From the human T2T-CHM13v2.0 reference genome, Homo sapiens: a stretch of DNA of 64,000 bases. The position numbers and the translations under genes are program-made. Below are positions 31,801 through 51,150 of the stretch, piece by piece (within the stretch, counting starts at the first letter, position 1; the number at the start of each line of letters is the position of its first letter). Location: the NCBI RefSeq assembly GCF_009914755.1, contig NC_060926.1; one strand, written 5' to 3'. The notes beneath the pieces were generated by a model. That model had not been told where the DNA came from and ran no database searches. It worked only from the letters and a program-made list of their open reading frames with translations.

Positions 31801-34469
31801 TGCTATGGGGTTTATAAGGGCTTGATTTACACATTTTATCCCTAACCCTTTATTTGAATAAACCAAGGCCTAGAAAGTTAAATTAGACCTGTATCATCTA
31901 TAAATAGTTGAGTTGAACTTGAACCAGAGTCTTCTGATTCTCCCTAGTCTCTTCTCCTCTGTTTATTCAAACCTGCCAAACAGACTAAAGTTAATATGTG
32001 GCAATTTCTCACAATACATTTTTAGGGTTATATATGAGTTATTTTGATTTCAGAACCCCAGGGTTAACATCTATGCTTTGATGTCAGGGATTAAAAACAG
32101 TTCACCAATAATGGTAATAAAACTTTCTCCTCAAGAGAGTTTCAGAAAGTCACATGCTTCAAACTAATCATTTGTTTATTTTCAACTTCTTTTTTATTAA
32201 GTAGGCTTCAGGGTGTAATGTGATTTATAATCCGGACTAGTAACCCAGACAGCATTCTTAAGGAAATCACTTCTCAAATCTGTACCTCTTTTTAAAAATA
32301 AAAAATGAACATATCATTTGCCTTTGATCTTGGTATCTCTCAGCCTAATTGCAAAGCCTGGGTGAGTATTCCTTTTTTTGGTGTCATCATTCTTGGACTG
32401 TTCCTACTGATGGCTGGATAAGTCTGATTTTGCAGCACTTTCCATGCTAAATACATCCTTCCCTTATGCTGTTGGGTTGATGGTAAAGAGGTAGTAGGTT
32501 GCAGGTGACCCATTTTTGCTGTGTCTCTAAATGTTTGTGCTTTGTCCTGCTTGCCTAGTTAGCAGCACTCACTGCAGCTTGACACTCATCTGGAGGCTGG
32601 TATTGATTTTCTTTAACAGGTTCTAAAATGCAATTATGTGTTAAGCTGTAGGCTCTTTTATGTCTGAGCAGCTTGTCCATCTTCAGCTTTTTAAACTTAT
32701 TCTCAGAGGAATGTCTTTTCAAAATATTAAGCAATGGGGTTTAAACCTCAATAAGAAGATGTATCAGTGCTCATTGGCTGGGAAGGAGGTGTAGTATATC
32801 TGAAATTGCCGCCATTTCCATGAGTGAGAGAAGAGAACATTATGAAGTGCTATTAGCTAGAGAAGTTGGGACACTTTGTACCAGGAGGGCACAAGAGCAG
32901 CAAAGGAGAAGAATGATTCTTGGTTTTTAATAATATTATCAGGAGCATGGATTTGGAATGATAGAGGACTTTGAAGAAGGCTTTCAGAGGACATTATCTT
33001 GTGGAGAGTGAAAGGAGTTCTCCTGGTTTGGTTTAGCTGTGTTGCTGATGGAACTTGCCCTTCTAGGGTCGGTGTTGTCTTTAGGTTCCCCTGCAGGTGG
33101 GTGTGATCAAGGAGAATGTTCTAGAAAGAAGAGTTCCATAGACAGAATGTCAAGGACAAAAGTGTTGCAGAGGGATGACATAGTTCCTGGATTTTAGCAC
33201 AGATTTTTTCGCTAACATGAGGGAATTTATTAGGGGAAACCTTCCAGTTGTAGAGGTAGACAGATGCGAACCCATCATGTTCAGTTCACATAGCCCAGAG
33301 CCACAGTGACTCAACCTCTTCCCTGCCCCACCTCAGCACACCTAGGGTTACGTGCCAGTCATGAACAGTGGCTTATTACCTCTTTGGGTAGGAGATGGGG
33401 GTGGAGAGTAGGGAAGTCTCTCAGAAGCACTCAGCTGTGACCTTTTCATGCATGTATACCCATGCAAAAATGGGATCCTCTGTTGCATGAGCTTTTGAAG
33501 AAATATGAAAAAGATCATACGTATACGGCTGCTGGTATTGTAGCTCTCAAGCCTCACATCCAGAATTGGCCTTTTTGATGTTAGTTCCAATTTGGGAAAG
33601 CCCTGGAGGGAACCCGAATTGGCTTGATGCCAGCCAAAGGAGAGTTACGGTTAGACCCATAAAATGGGGCTGTGGGGAGACAAAGTATCCCACAAAGAAG
33701 AGGGTTATTGTTAATGGAAGAGGGAGGGAGCTGGATCAACAAAAGAGCTAGCCAGGGCAGTGTACATTTCCACAAGTGGTACTGCTGATCATAACAACAT
33801 ACCAAAGGATATGAAGATTCTTAATGTTGTTGTGATGTACACCCCTGTAGTCTTGAGGGCAGTGGACTTGTCCACATTCTGTGGGACTCTGAATTGCTAT
33901 GTACACAGACATGAGGGGGTATTGAATTACTGCTAAAAACGTAAGAGTTGGTCATTATTCCCATGTAACCCATTACACTCCCCTCTCTCTGCCATGCTTT
34001 GTTCTAAATTACTTGGGATAAGTAACATTAATTATTAATGTTTATTGAGTGCCGGCTGACTCTGAACTACATGTTTGAATTTTAAAAGTCTGTGGATGAA
34101 ACAGTTTGGTTCTTTCTTCTCCTGTTGTCCTACATACGTAGAATACTATGGCAGGGATGGTCACCATACAACAGCATTCTGTGTTCTGGTCCTCCTTGCT
34201 TCTTGTGGCTTAACAACAACTGTTTATTTGCTTGGGATTCAGAAATGGGGGCCAGGTTCCCTGTGCCTAGGCTCACTGGTGCCGTGGTGGTTACATGATT
34301 CATTGAGGGCCATTGCTGCAATAGTTTACAACATTATAACCATCCTTGATACCTATGGAAGATTGGTTCCAGGATTCCCACGGATACTAAAATCCTCAAA
34401 TGCTTAAGTCCCTTATTAAAAATCATGTATTATTTGCATATAGCTTATGCATACCCTCATATATATATA

Positions 34470-35087
<618 letters not shown>

Positions 35088-35612
35088 CCTCCTTCATACT
35101 TTAAATCATCTCTAGATTATTTATAATACCTAATATAATGTAAATGCTAGATAAATAGTTGTTATTCTGTATTGTTTTAAAATTTATATTTTTATTGTAT
35201 TTATTGTATTTTATTGTGTTTATTGTATTGTTATCTTTTTTCCAGTGGTCAGTTACTAGAATATTTTTTGAATATTTTCTAACCTAGGTTTGTTGAATCT
35301 GTGGCCATGGAACCTGAGATATGGAGGGTTGGGTGTGGAGGGGGGTGACTGTGCTTACTACTATAATCCTGCTTTTGATTAGTTTTCCACTGGCCATGTA
35401 CTTAAGGGTAAGGTGGATGCGTCCCCTGCCCCAGGGAGTGAATTTTGATTAAGCCATCAATTTTAGTAATGCCATACCTTTTGCCAGTGACTCATTAATG
35501 AATATGTATGTGACGCCTGTTAGGTCCTGGCATATTTGAAGCATAAGGTTGTCAGCACAAGAGAACAAGTAGCACCGAGTGCAGACTAAAGGTGGCCTAA
35601 GACCACAATTAC

Positions 35613-35772
35613 TTTTTTTTTTTTTGTCGGTGTCAGGGGTGTAGGAGGCGGGCGGGTAGAGACAGGGTCTCACCATGTTGCCCAGGCTCGTCTCGAACTC
35701 CTGGCCTCAAGCAATCCTTCCACCTCAGTTTCCCAAAGTGCTGGATTACAGAGTGAACCACCATCCCCAGCC
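35613..35772 (-). mobile_element. Alu monomer (FLAM-like)
   Basis: Reverse left monomer; TSD CCACAAT(T/G)ACTT. Confidence 0.8.
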
Positions 35773-35872
35773 CACAATGACTTATTTTAGCTGCTGATTA
35801 GCCAGCCCTAGAACCACTGTGACTCAGAACTTCTGTGAGAAAAAACATTTTCGTTATTGTTTCTTTCTTATC

Positions 35873-36266
<394 letters not shown>

Positions 36267-36624
36267 TAAGCTTTTAAAATATTTAATGTATGAGTTGACA
36301 CTGGTTGGTATATCTGGTAGTCTTTTATCAACTTACATTATATGAGGTTGCCTGAGGGAAGACTGGGCCTTTTACAACCTGGTGGAATTGACAGTGGTAC
36401 CCTCATTCTTATTCTTGCCTTTGGTGAACTCTATCCATCTAAATACATTTATGGCTAGATTATCTGGTTTTAACTAAACTGACCCCCAGAAAATGGGCGA
36501 GTGGTTTAAAAAGATTCTTGCAAAGAAAGTGTAATGATAATGATATAAGTATAAAGGAACAAGAAAATGTTCTTATGAGTTTAGAACATGACTTTTAAAA
36601 CAAATTTGACAAGAAGGTGGCTCA

Positions 36625-36945
<321 letters not shown>

Positions 36946-37177
36946 TTATGTTTGGATTTGTATTATTAATAAAAATGAACTTAAAAATACTGTTTGACTC
37001 CCATCCTTTAAAAGTTTTAAATGTTGTATAATGTATATACTACATTCATGTGTGTGTATACATACCATTCATAACTAGTTTTAATTACACATAAATTAAT
37101 ACAATTTATAATATGTTAGTATATATGTTATAAATTTTTTCCCCTGAAATTCCTGAGCTTCAATACGTTTTTAAAAT

Positions 37178-37649
37178 TTTTTACTTTTTATTTTTTTAGA
37201 GGGAGTCTTGCTCTGTTGCCCAAGCTGGAGTACAGTGGTGTGATGATAGTTCACTGCAGCCTCCAACTCCTGGGCTCAAGTGATCCTGTCCCCTCAGACT
37301 CCCAAGTATCTGGGACTACAGGTGTGCACCATCACACCTGGCTTAATTAAAAAAAAATTTTTTTTTTGAGATGGAAACTTTCTCTGTTGCCCAGGTTGGA
37401 GTGCAGTGGTGCTGTCTCAGCTCACCATAGCCTCTGCCTCCTGGGTTCGAGTGATTGTCCTGCCTCAGCCTCCTGAATAGCTGGGATTACAGGTGTGCAC
37501 CACCACACCTGGCTAATTTTTGTATTTTTCATAGACATGGGGTTTCACCATGTTGGCCAGGCTGGTCTCAAACTCCTGAGCTCAAGTGATCTGCCCGCCT
37601 CGGCCTCCCAAAGTGCTGGGATTACAGGCATGAGCCACCGTGCCTGGCT
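37178..37649 (-). mobile_element. AluJ right arm (37178-37345) plus adjacent AluS (37358-37649)
   Basis: Two reverse-strand Alu segments. Confidence 0.88.
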
Positions 37650-39178
37650 AATTTTTTTTTTTTTTTTTAACTGATAGTCCTGCGTGATCAAAAAAGCTTT
37701 GATACCACAATTTAAGTCACTTAGAGTTAGGTATTTTTGTTACTTGCAGCTGAAAGCATCATACCTGATATAAGGACAGATAAGAGTAGTAGCTGTCCCT
37801 GTTTTATTCTTAGCTTTCAAGAATCTCTGTGATCTGGACCCTAACTTGTTTGCAGGCCCAGCTGTCCTCTCCTTGTCTCTGCTAATACCACTGAACTCCT
37901 GCCCGTCCCTGATACTTTGTTTCAATTTTGCCTCTTCCCTCACCCTACCACCACCACTGAAATTTTGACTTTCAAGGGCTAGCTTAAATAAATATTGCTT
38001 TCTTATGAACATTTTTTCTGATTTACTCCCGCTTCCACATTTCAGTTTTTCTTTCCTTTTAGTCTCCCTAGTACATTGTACATTCATTATAATGTCTTTC
38101 TCTGTTTGCTTTTTATTATTAAGTTGTTCGCCTATTGGCTTTGCAGATGGGTTGTAGGCTTTTTGATGGTAGGGGGTCCTGTCTTACCTTTCTCATTTAA
38201 AAAGAAAACAATCTGTTTCTCCTTTGGGAGAAAGGGAGACAGAGAATCCACAGTTGTTAAACATCACTCTGGACTTGTTACTCTGGGGTGGGTCTCGCCT
38301 CCAGCCTTCTGGCAGCCTTAGGAAGGCAGGGAGCTCCATGTACATGAAAGGAGATTGAGGGCAGGGAGCTCACAGAACCAAGACAGCAGGACCCAGGATT
38401 CAGACCTGGAAAATTTTTATTTCCTGGCTTGTTTGTGTGCCCTCATGCATGTTATTTACAGTGCCATGTTCTTTCACATGGGAACACTGACACAGGTGAA
38501 ATGGGAGGTTCCATAGGATGATAGTGCAAAAACATTAAAGACAATCCTAGCAGATGCAGTGAGTTCAAGGGAGAGTCCTTGTGGAGTAACACGAAAGGCC
38601 TGGTGGATGAGATGTATGAAGATCTAAATGCCTGCAGATAGTGAGCTGTCTGCAACTACCACAAAGCAAAATCATGGGCGATAACTCCCCAGGGTAGGAT
38701 CTGGCCTGAGCATCCCCACTGGGAGATGGGAGGTGATGGGCTCTGTAGTGCTTAGCTGAATAGAGTTATCTATGTCAGTATTCCCTCTATGCAAAGATAG
38801 TTGAGAGTTCACAAGTTGTAGGCTTTCAAGTTGAGCTATGTTAGATATATGCTCCCCTGATGGAAGACAGACATGTCTCCAGGGTTTTGAGGGTCAAATG
38901 ACAGAATGTATATAAAGTGTTTTGAACATTATAAATTGCCTCCTTAGAGGCAAGGGAACATCAAATTTGGTTGTTTTCTTGCATCAGAGACTTCTAGCTC
39001 AGATTTCTTTGTTGGCCATTTTTAAGGGCATTTCCAATGAGTTTTTAAGTGTAATGAGTTTTTAAGTGTTGGGGTTCTTAAATGGAATATGATATAATTT
39101 TTTTCAGATGAACTGCAGATATTACTTAAAATCTTGCTGTGAAACTTTCACCTGTGGAGTAAGTAGAATTCATGATTA

Positions 39179-39561
<383 letters not shown>

Positions 39562-40533
39562 CTTACCGTTTTCATAAAGATGGGAATCTGTGGGGCTTTT
39601 ATTTCTGGTCCTGGAAACCCTAAGTACCAACTGAAAGACTCAAAAGAGCTTTGATTTCAAGGTTTTTTGTTGTTGTTGTTCTTGGCTACTGTAAATCCAG
39701 TAATTTATTTTCATGAGTCTTTGGAAAGGGTTAGGGAAAGCTTTGAAATATCTTAAGGTAGTTTTGAAAGTAAAAAGTAGGTATGGTTTGACAATTTGAA
39801 ATTTGTTTCATTGTAGATTCCCAAGGCAATGGGTTTGAATAAATTAAGTTAATTCCATTTCAAAGAACTTTTGCAGTGGGATTTCATATTGTAGAAAGAG
39901 TCTGACTTATAAATCAAAACATGTTAAAGAGTAAACATATTTATAGATGCAAAAGACATCAAAACAGTGAGTGGCTCCTAAATTGCAAATAGATGCAATT
40001 GTGAAATTCTTATTCAGGGGTTGGTGAATCATCCATGTAACTTAAGAGGGCCTTATTTTTCTTAGGATTTATTTAAGTAAAGCAAGAATTCCCAAAATGC
40101 ATTCTGAGGGAAACTGAGTCTTAGGAAGTTAACAGGTGTTACGCAGGGAAAAAAGTCCTGTGGTCAAATAAGTGGGAAAATCTGGGTTAACCAAAGTAAA
40201 CCAGGTATTTTTGTTTTTAACTACAGGACTTTTGAGCACCCTTAGATCTAGTGTTCATTATAAATATCCTGGAAGGGAAATAGAGTAGTCAGTGTTTTCC
40301 AAACACATTGAATTGTAGAAACTTTTTTTTTTTTCCAGAACATTTTTTGGCCAGAGAACAATGTTTGTTGGGTTATCTAATTTGTTGAAATACTTAAAAA
40401 TCAAATCGCAGACATCATGTAATTTTGCCTGACTAACTTTGCTATGCATTTCTAACTTAGGACTTAAAAAAATCACCACCCCATTATCACTTTTAATACA
40501 ATTAACAATAATTTAAAAATATTATCTAATTTG

Positions 40534-40837
<304 letters not shown>

Positions 40838-41207
40838 TTAAATAGCATTTGTCACCATTTTTGTTTTTTGGAAACCAAGATTCAATCAAGGTTCACATTG
40901 CACTGTGGGCTGTTGTTGTTGTTTGTCTCTTTCGTCTTTTTAAATGTAGAAAAATAATATCTCATTACTTCCCTCCCTCCCATTCCTGACTTTTCTGGGT
41001 TGTCCCATATTCTGAATTTGTTTCCTGTGGCGGTGTTTACCTTGTCCCATTGTTTCCTGTATTTCCTATAAACTGGAGGCTAGGTCTAAAAGCAAGATTA
41101 GAGTCAAGTAAAATATTTTTGGCAAAAATAGGTCCTAGACTAAGATTCCCCTCTGCACTTCCGACCCCCTCTATGATTTGAGAACAGACATTTAAGTTTA
41201 GCAATTC

Positions 41208-41506
41208 AGAGCAGCATGGTGAGTCAGACACACCTGTAATCCTGGCACTTTGGGAGGTGGAGGCAGGAGGATTGCTTGAACTCAGGAGTTCGGGACCCTG
41301 GGCAACACGGTGAGACCTTATCTCTATTGAAAGTGAAAAAAAAATCATCTGGGTATGGTGGTTCAAGCCTGTATGTAGTCCTTGCCACTAGGGAGCCTGA
41401 GGCGGGAGGATTGCTTGAGCCTGGGAGATGATTAAAGCTGCTGCAAGCTATGATTGAACCACTGCACTCCAGCCTGGGTGACAGAGTGAGACCCTATCTT
41501 TAAAAA
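41208..41506 (+). mobile_element. Alu (AluJ-like)
   Basis: Diverged dimer; TSD AAGTTTAGCAATT at 41194-41206 and 41505-41517. Confidence 0.88.
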
Positions 41507-41526
41507 GTTTAGCAATTAATATATAG

Positions 41527-41530
<4 letters not shown>

Positions 41531-41576
<46 letters not shown>
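41531..41576. repeat. (TA)n microsatellite
   Basis: About 23 perfect TA units. Confidence 0.96.
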
Positions 41577-41579
<3 letters not shown>

Positions 41580-42399
41580 AAGTAACAGCTTAGAGTTTAA
41601 AAATTAGGTTTATTAGTATATCAAAGGGATGCAAGTTGAATTGATTCCAGGTGTGTTTGGAAAGGTATTCTGAATAGTTGGCGTGGTTAAATGGATATGT
41701 TTTCAGTATATCTTGAGACTATAAACCATGTGTCTCTTGGGTAAAGTGGCCTGGGTGTTAAACGTTTTTGGTGGTTGAATTTTATTCCGAATGACAAGTA
41801 TCTGAGTTGTGATGGTAAAATAATACTCCATAGACACTTATTTTTAAAACACATTTAGGAATGTGCATTCTTTCTACCTCTGCTTGATAAATTTTTAACA
41901 GAATATTTTCATGATAAATGCTTATGCTAATCTAAAATACAGCCATAAATTCAAGGACACCCTCGGGGTGATAATTTTCTATGTACATTGTCTTAGAAAC
42001 CCAGACAAGCAAATAAAAGTTCCTATCATAGCTAACTTTGCTAACTTAATTTGCTATTTACATTTTTTTTTCCCTTGATATCCTTCCAAGTGCTAGTTGT
42101 ATGTCTGGGAAAAGTTAAAGGATTTTGTGAATCTTAATGAAGAATAGCTTAGTATATATAAAGAAGCTTTGCATGATGAATGGTAGCTGTCATAAGCAGC
42201 TCCCAGCGCATTCTTATATTTAATCCTTTAACCAGCAGGGACACTGTTTTCTGCATTAAAATTTGCCTGTTGTGAATAATAAGGTGACTTGGACAGAGTA
42301 GGTACTTTGTAACTATATTTAGTCCATTAAAAATATACATATACACTCCTTTTTTCTCCCCTCTTTAAAAAAACACAAACATATAGGATATGGTAAAAA

Positions 42400-42565
42400 G
42401 GATGATCTTTGAAACCAGATAGACTTTGGTTTTGTGTTTGGCTCTGGCAATTTACTTGACCTGTTTCTATGTCTGTAGAATGGGGACAATAATTCCTGTT
42501 TCATAGAGGTTATGCCAAGGCCAAAGGCGAAGCCCTGTATGAAAGGCTTAGCACCGTGCATGGAT
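42400..42565 (+). mobile_element. MIR
   Basis: GGCAATTTACTTGACCTGTTTCTATGTCTGTAGAATGGGGACAATAAT. Confidence 0.65.
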
Positions 42566-42615
42566 CAGAGCTATCAAAACCAGATCATCTTCCACCTTCT
42601 CCTCCTCTTACCATA

Positions 42616-42955
<340 letters not shown>

Positions 42956-43217
42956 CTTACCATATTTTATTCAGCATTCTGGATCAGTTGTTAAATTGAA
43001 GTTTTTAATTGTTCTGAGTGTTTTAAAAATTGTGAATTTTAAGGTACTTGTTACAGAAGTCGAGATAAGTTCTTGATTTCAAGATAATCTGTATGGGAGT
43101 TGGTTGCTTATATTAAAACAATTATATGCCTATATGAAATGTTTTGAGCTAACAAGTAGGACAGTTTTAGATGGTGATTTATAGAGGAGAAGGAGTAAGA
43201 GTCAAAAGTGGTGTTTT

Positions 43218-43589
<372 letters not shown>

Positions 43590-45390
43590 TTATGAAAATC
43601 AGTATTTAAAAAATCAATTTTTTTACTGAGACTGACAACATGTGAAGCTCCTCAGACTTTTGTAATGTTTTGCTTGAGTATGGTTTAGAACAATACACTT
43701 TATTTAGGTGGAATAAGTCTATTGTACTGTGCTCAAGTCATACATGCATATTCATTTATGAAATAAATATTACCGACAGGAGAGCAGGCTTTTCTAGAGA
43801 AGAGGATGGTCAGTGCTTCATTCAAGATCCTCACAGTGGAGAAATGGGGATTCTCCTTATTGCCTTTGTGCCTATTAAAGATGCACGCGAAGGTGGAATT
43901 AATATATCCTAAGTTTTGAACAGAAGTGGAGGAACAGTTTGGAGAATGCCTGGATATCTATGGTCCTTGCATTCTTGCCATTTATGGGTAAACCAAAAAG
44001 TGTTGTCTTCTGTCATCAGCTGTTTCCAAGTCTTGGGACTTTGGCTTTGAATCTGGCTTGGACAAGAAAAGATCTCAGCCAGGCAAGGACTGACACTGCT
44101 CCTTCCCAGATAGTGCCTGTTCTCTCAGAATGAACTTGATTCCCTACAGACTTCAAGTCAAGTGGTACTTGAGCTTTTTACACTTTTCCTCTACCATTAC
44201 AAAGTTTTGTTTAATCTCTTCCTTTCTGAAATGTTTTGCTTCAACAAAAAGGACCCTTTTAACTGTCCCAACTCTACATACCAAAAGTTAAGCCAGGAGG
44301 AATCAAAGGGTGTTAGTTCCCCCTTCCATCTGGAAAAAAGAGATGCCATTTCTAGGACAGTGATTGAGACCTAAGCCAGTGGAAAATGTAAAGAGACTTT
44401 ACCTTCTTCACAAGGCTTTTTTGCTTCCTTCATAAGAGTGGTGTTAGCCAACTCAACAAATAGAATTTCCTTATGAGTTTTTTAAAGATAAAAAGTTACC
44501 ATGAAGGTGGTAACTATTTGACAAATTAGAAACCATTTTCATTTGTCAGCGGGTGGTGGAGGTCTTGTATTCATTTTTCCAAAAAATGTTTCTTGAGAGC
44601 TGGTCATTGTGCACTTCAGGGTTTGAGGCCCAGTGCTGTGTCTCAATCTGAGGAGACAAGTGCACACACAGTACCACTGCAAGGTGTTAGGGAGTGCAGG
44701 AGGAGGAGGAGTAGGGGGAGGAGGAGGAGTTGACAGTGGCTGGGGAAAGCTTCAGGGAGGAGGGGGAGGAGGTGAAGGTGACTTTGCCAGGTGGGAAAGA
44801 GGGTGAGAGGCTTTCTAGAGAAAAGGAGCGTAAGAAGCAGAGGCTGGGAGGCATGAAAACACAAGTTGTGTTTGGGGTGTTGTTACTAGAACAGACGGTG
44901 CTTGGCATTTGGGTACAGTGGCAGGGAGAAGAGAGCCAGATTGCAAAGGCCTTGCATGCCAGGCTAAGAAGTGTGGACTTGATCCTGTAAGCAAGTGATA
45001 GCTGTCAAAGGTTTTTCAGCAGGGAGATGATGTAATCAGATCTGTGTGTTGGAGAAAAGCTTTGGCAGCGGTGGTGTGGAGGAGAGACTGGCGTGGGGAC
45101 AGATGGGCTGCAGAGCTCTCTGTTAGGAGGCTTTTGAAGTAGGTCAGGTGAGAGATGATGTTTGAGGCCTGAGTTAGTGGGAGGAAGAGAACTAATGCCA
45201 GTTGAATACCTTTGAGTGTGCACTTAAGGTGAAGGTGCATTAGCTCATGTAATCTTCACAGAAAAACTTTTCATAGGGTGCTGTTGTCATCCTCATTTTG
45301 CAGAAAAGGAAGCAAGCTCAAAGTAACCTAGTTCAGCCAGGATTGAACTTGGGTTTACTGTCCTGTGCCACCATGGTTTTTAGAACAAGA

Positions 45391-46215
<825 letters not shown>

Positions 46216-46519
46216 AGACGGAATGAGAACATGAAGAAGGAGTGCACATGGTGTATGATTTTTGGACTGGGATGAAAAGGAATACTTAGCAGCTTACTGA
46301 AGGTAGAGAGTTTCCAGGTGTGGCAACAAGGTATGGATGATGAACAATACTATAACAGCACTCTCTCAGGAGGGGAGGGGCAGAGTTTGGGGGCCATCTG
46401 GGATACCCAGTTGGAAATGCCCAGTCGGTGGTTGGAAATTTGGCATTCCTGTGGAAACTCTTTTAAGCTAATGATATACCTCCAGGTAGGCATGGACTTA
46501 GAATTTGTAGGAGGGCATG

Positions 46520-46682
46520 GTTAATGCCTAAGCATCATCTGGGGCACTTAATTTGGAATGCAGATTTCCAGGCCCTGCCCCCAGGAGGTGCTTCAGTAGG
46601 CCTGTGGTGGGTTTTGGGGATCTGCACTCATGTCAAGCTCCTGGGTTGAGAGTGAGACAGGTTCTCACATTTGAGAAATGTT
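46520..46682. mobile_element. MER5-like hAT MITE
   Basis: AATGCAGATTTCCAGGCCCTGCCCCCAG..CAGTAGGCCTGTGGTGGG..ATCTGCA..TTTGAGAAA. Confidence 0.6.
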
Positions 46683-47045
46683 TGGCTTTCCCAATGGCCT
46701 AGGCTGTCTTGTAATTTCACTTCCTTCAGGGAGCTTTTGATAACTCCTCAAAGAATAGGATGTTGATCTCTGGTAAAAAGCAACATCTGAGAAAATTGCT
46801 TGTTTTTAGGAACCTGTGTACATTCATACTTAATTCTGCCAATGATGCTTTTTAGTTTTTTGGATTAACACTCAAAAGTAACAAGTCCTCAAAATTAGGT
46901 TTGTTCTGTTGTTTTAAGTGGACCTTTGGCAAGAGATTTCTAGTGAAGCTTGATTCTGAGTACTTTTCTCATGTATTAAAAAGAGGCTGGAGGAGGGAAC
47001 CTGGGACGTGGAGAGTGAGGAGTGATAGCCTGAGGTTCTTGGTTT

Positions 47046-47568
<523 letters not shown>

Positions 47569-48001
47569 GTACTCAATTCCTTGAAATCTGGGTTGTAAAC
47601 CTGATCACTCATTCATTAGACCATTTGCTTATAATTAGTCCTAACCAGCCTAGGTTCCCCTTCCCCTCTGTCATGCATGTCTTTTTCTCAGGAGTAGAAG
47701 CTTTGAAGCCAGACAGACTGGGATAAGGTCCCAGTTTAGTCCCTTTGCCCCACTATGACCCTGGACAGGTTACACAGCCTCCCTGAGCTGTTTTCTGTGA
47801 ATTTGGAATGTGGGAAGGTAGTTTTGGGAATGGAGTGGATAAAGTCAGAACACCTGGACTTGAGCTAGTACCACTCTGAATCTTGGGCGGGAAGGTGAAG
47901 GCTGGGCACCTGCCTGGTTCATTCAGCACACATTAAGTGCCTACTTATTCAGCTAGAGAGTGTATTTAGGGTTGACCGTGTGCATTGCTTTACATTACCT
48001 A

Positions 48002-48384
<383 letters not shown>

Positions 48385-49261
48385 TGTTTTCGTTTTGTTT
48401 TCAGCTTGTGTGTCTTTTTTGTTGGTATCTTGTTACCCTTGGGATAATTTTTACTTTCTCTCCCGGGAGCAAGATTTGGGTTCATTAACTGCTTGCTGCT
48501 GATTAGTTCATTTTTCCGATGTGTGGGAGAGAGGAGCATCTTCCTTTATTTTCCCCTCCACCTTTGCTAAATGCCGTTACTACTTCCTGTTGCAATGACA
48601 GGGCTTCCCAGCTCCCAGCTTCTTTTCCTTAGTCCCCATCGTGTTGGGGAGGACACAGGAGAAAGTTGGCTTGCTCACTGGTTGGTTTACTCAGTCACTT
48701 AACAGGAGCCAATTGAGCCCCCACTCTATGCCAGGCTCTGTGCTAAGTGCTAGTCTAATTCAGCCCTCTTGAAGGCCTTAAGAGAGAGCAGGCATTCTTT
48801 CTTCCTACCTCATGGGGTTTTTGCAGGTGAGGCTCTGTACCTACCTCCAGGTCTCATGGCAGGTCGACTGGACCCCTGCCACCTCCTGCGGTGCTGCCCT
48901 CCTCACCCACTCCTTGCCCACTCTCACTATCGGCTTCCTAATAGGCATTTCCTGGGGCGACTGTATCTGACTAAAATTGGTCATTTTGTAGATCCTTTAG
49001 GGGTCCTGGTCCAAAGGTCAGTTTTAATGAGTGATATGGGGACTGTGGAGTTGCAGGGTGGGGAGAGAAATGTGGACCATAACTGACAGTGTTCACAGGG
49101 AGAGCACACTGGGGGAAATAAGCCTCACTATTGCAGCTGCTGAGACTGCACGTCTAGTTCATTTTGAATGGCCCCTCAAAGATACCCCCTGAGGATGCTA
49201 AATGCAGATTTGTGGATGCTGTTGGCAGAATTTGCTTGTTTATAATACTTTTTTGGGGGGT

Positions 49262-49699
<438 letters not shown>

Positions 49700-49944
49700 T
49701 TAGATTGCTTTTGACTGACTTTTTGGGAGACTGTCGTGCCCTTAGAGTATCCATAATAATTATGAAGATGTCAAGTCCCTTAGGACTGCATGTTTGACTT
49801 AGCTTTCAGCATCAAAACATGCATCAGAATAGCATAATGGAAAGATCAGTGATTCTGGAGTAAAGTAGACTTGGTTTCAAATTCCAGCCCTCCTCTAATG
49901 CCCTTGGATAAATTTCTTCACGGCCTTAGTTTCTTCATCTGTAA

Positions 49945-50268
<324 letters not shown>

Positions 50269-50399
50269 CAAAATGGGGATCATTTTACAAGGTGAGAAAT
50301 AATGTTTGTACAGTACTTTTAGAGTAGCTCCTAGCACATAATAGATGTTCAGAAGTTCCCTTCTTGTTTGATTCAGCAGGAACTAAATTGTATCAAACT

Positions 50400-50790
50400 G
50401 TAGGCAGTTTGATGAATAAGATGTGGTTTCTATCCTGGAGGAACTTAAAATCTAATGGGCTAGGCTGACACATGAATTCATCCTGAGGAGGTTAAGTGCC
50501 AAGACCCAGGTTGAGGCTGGAGCAGAGCACAGGAGCATTTCCTCTGCCTGGAGGGTTGGGAGAGCCTTCTGGGAGGAGGTTATGCCTAAGCCCTGTCTTG
50601 AGGGATTGAGTAAGAATTCACTTAAGCAAGCAAGGTGGGATGGGTTGTAGCCAAAGCAACAGCATGAGCAATGGATGGAGTATTTAGGAGGACTACATGC
50701 AGTTGGGGGTTGGCTGGATGGAACAGTGTGAAGTAGGAATTCCTAGGAAATGAGCCTAGAGAGCCTGGTGAGTGTGAACTTGCTGGTGGG
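50400..50790 (-). mobile_element. L2 fragment
   Basis: GAGAGCCTTCTGGGAGGAGGTTATGCCTAAGCCCTGTCTTGAGGGATTGAGTAAGAATT. Confidence 0.6.
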
Positions 50791-50824
50791 CCTTGTGTAC
50801 CTTGCTGAAGAATTCAGGGTTATG

Positions 50825-51150
50825 GGCTGAGTGCTGTGGCTCACACCTGTAATCCCAGCTCTTTGGGAGGCCAGGGTGGGCGGATTGCTTGAGCTCAGGA
50901 GTTTGAGAACAGCCTGGGCAACATGGCAAACCCTCGTCTCTACAAAAAATACAAAAATTATATGGGCATGGTGGCGGGCGGCTCCAGTCCCAGCTAGTGA
51001 GGAGGCTGAGGTGGGAGGATTGCTTGAGCCTGGGAGGATTGCTTGAGCCAGCGAGGTGGAGGTTGTGGTGAGCTGAGATTGCGCCACTGCACTCCAACCT
51101 GGGTGACAGAGCCAGATCCTGTGTCAAAAAAAAAAAAAAAAAAAAAAAAA
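50825..51150 (+). mobile_element. Alu with 19-bp internal tandem duplication
   Basis: TGGGAGGATTGCTTGAGCC twice at 51012-51049. Confidence 0.92.
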
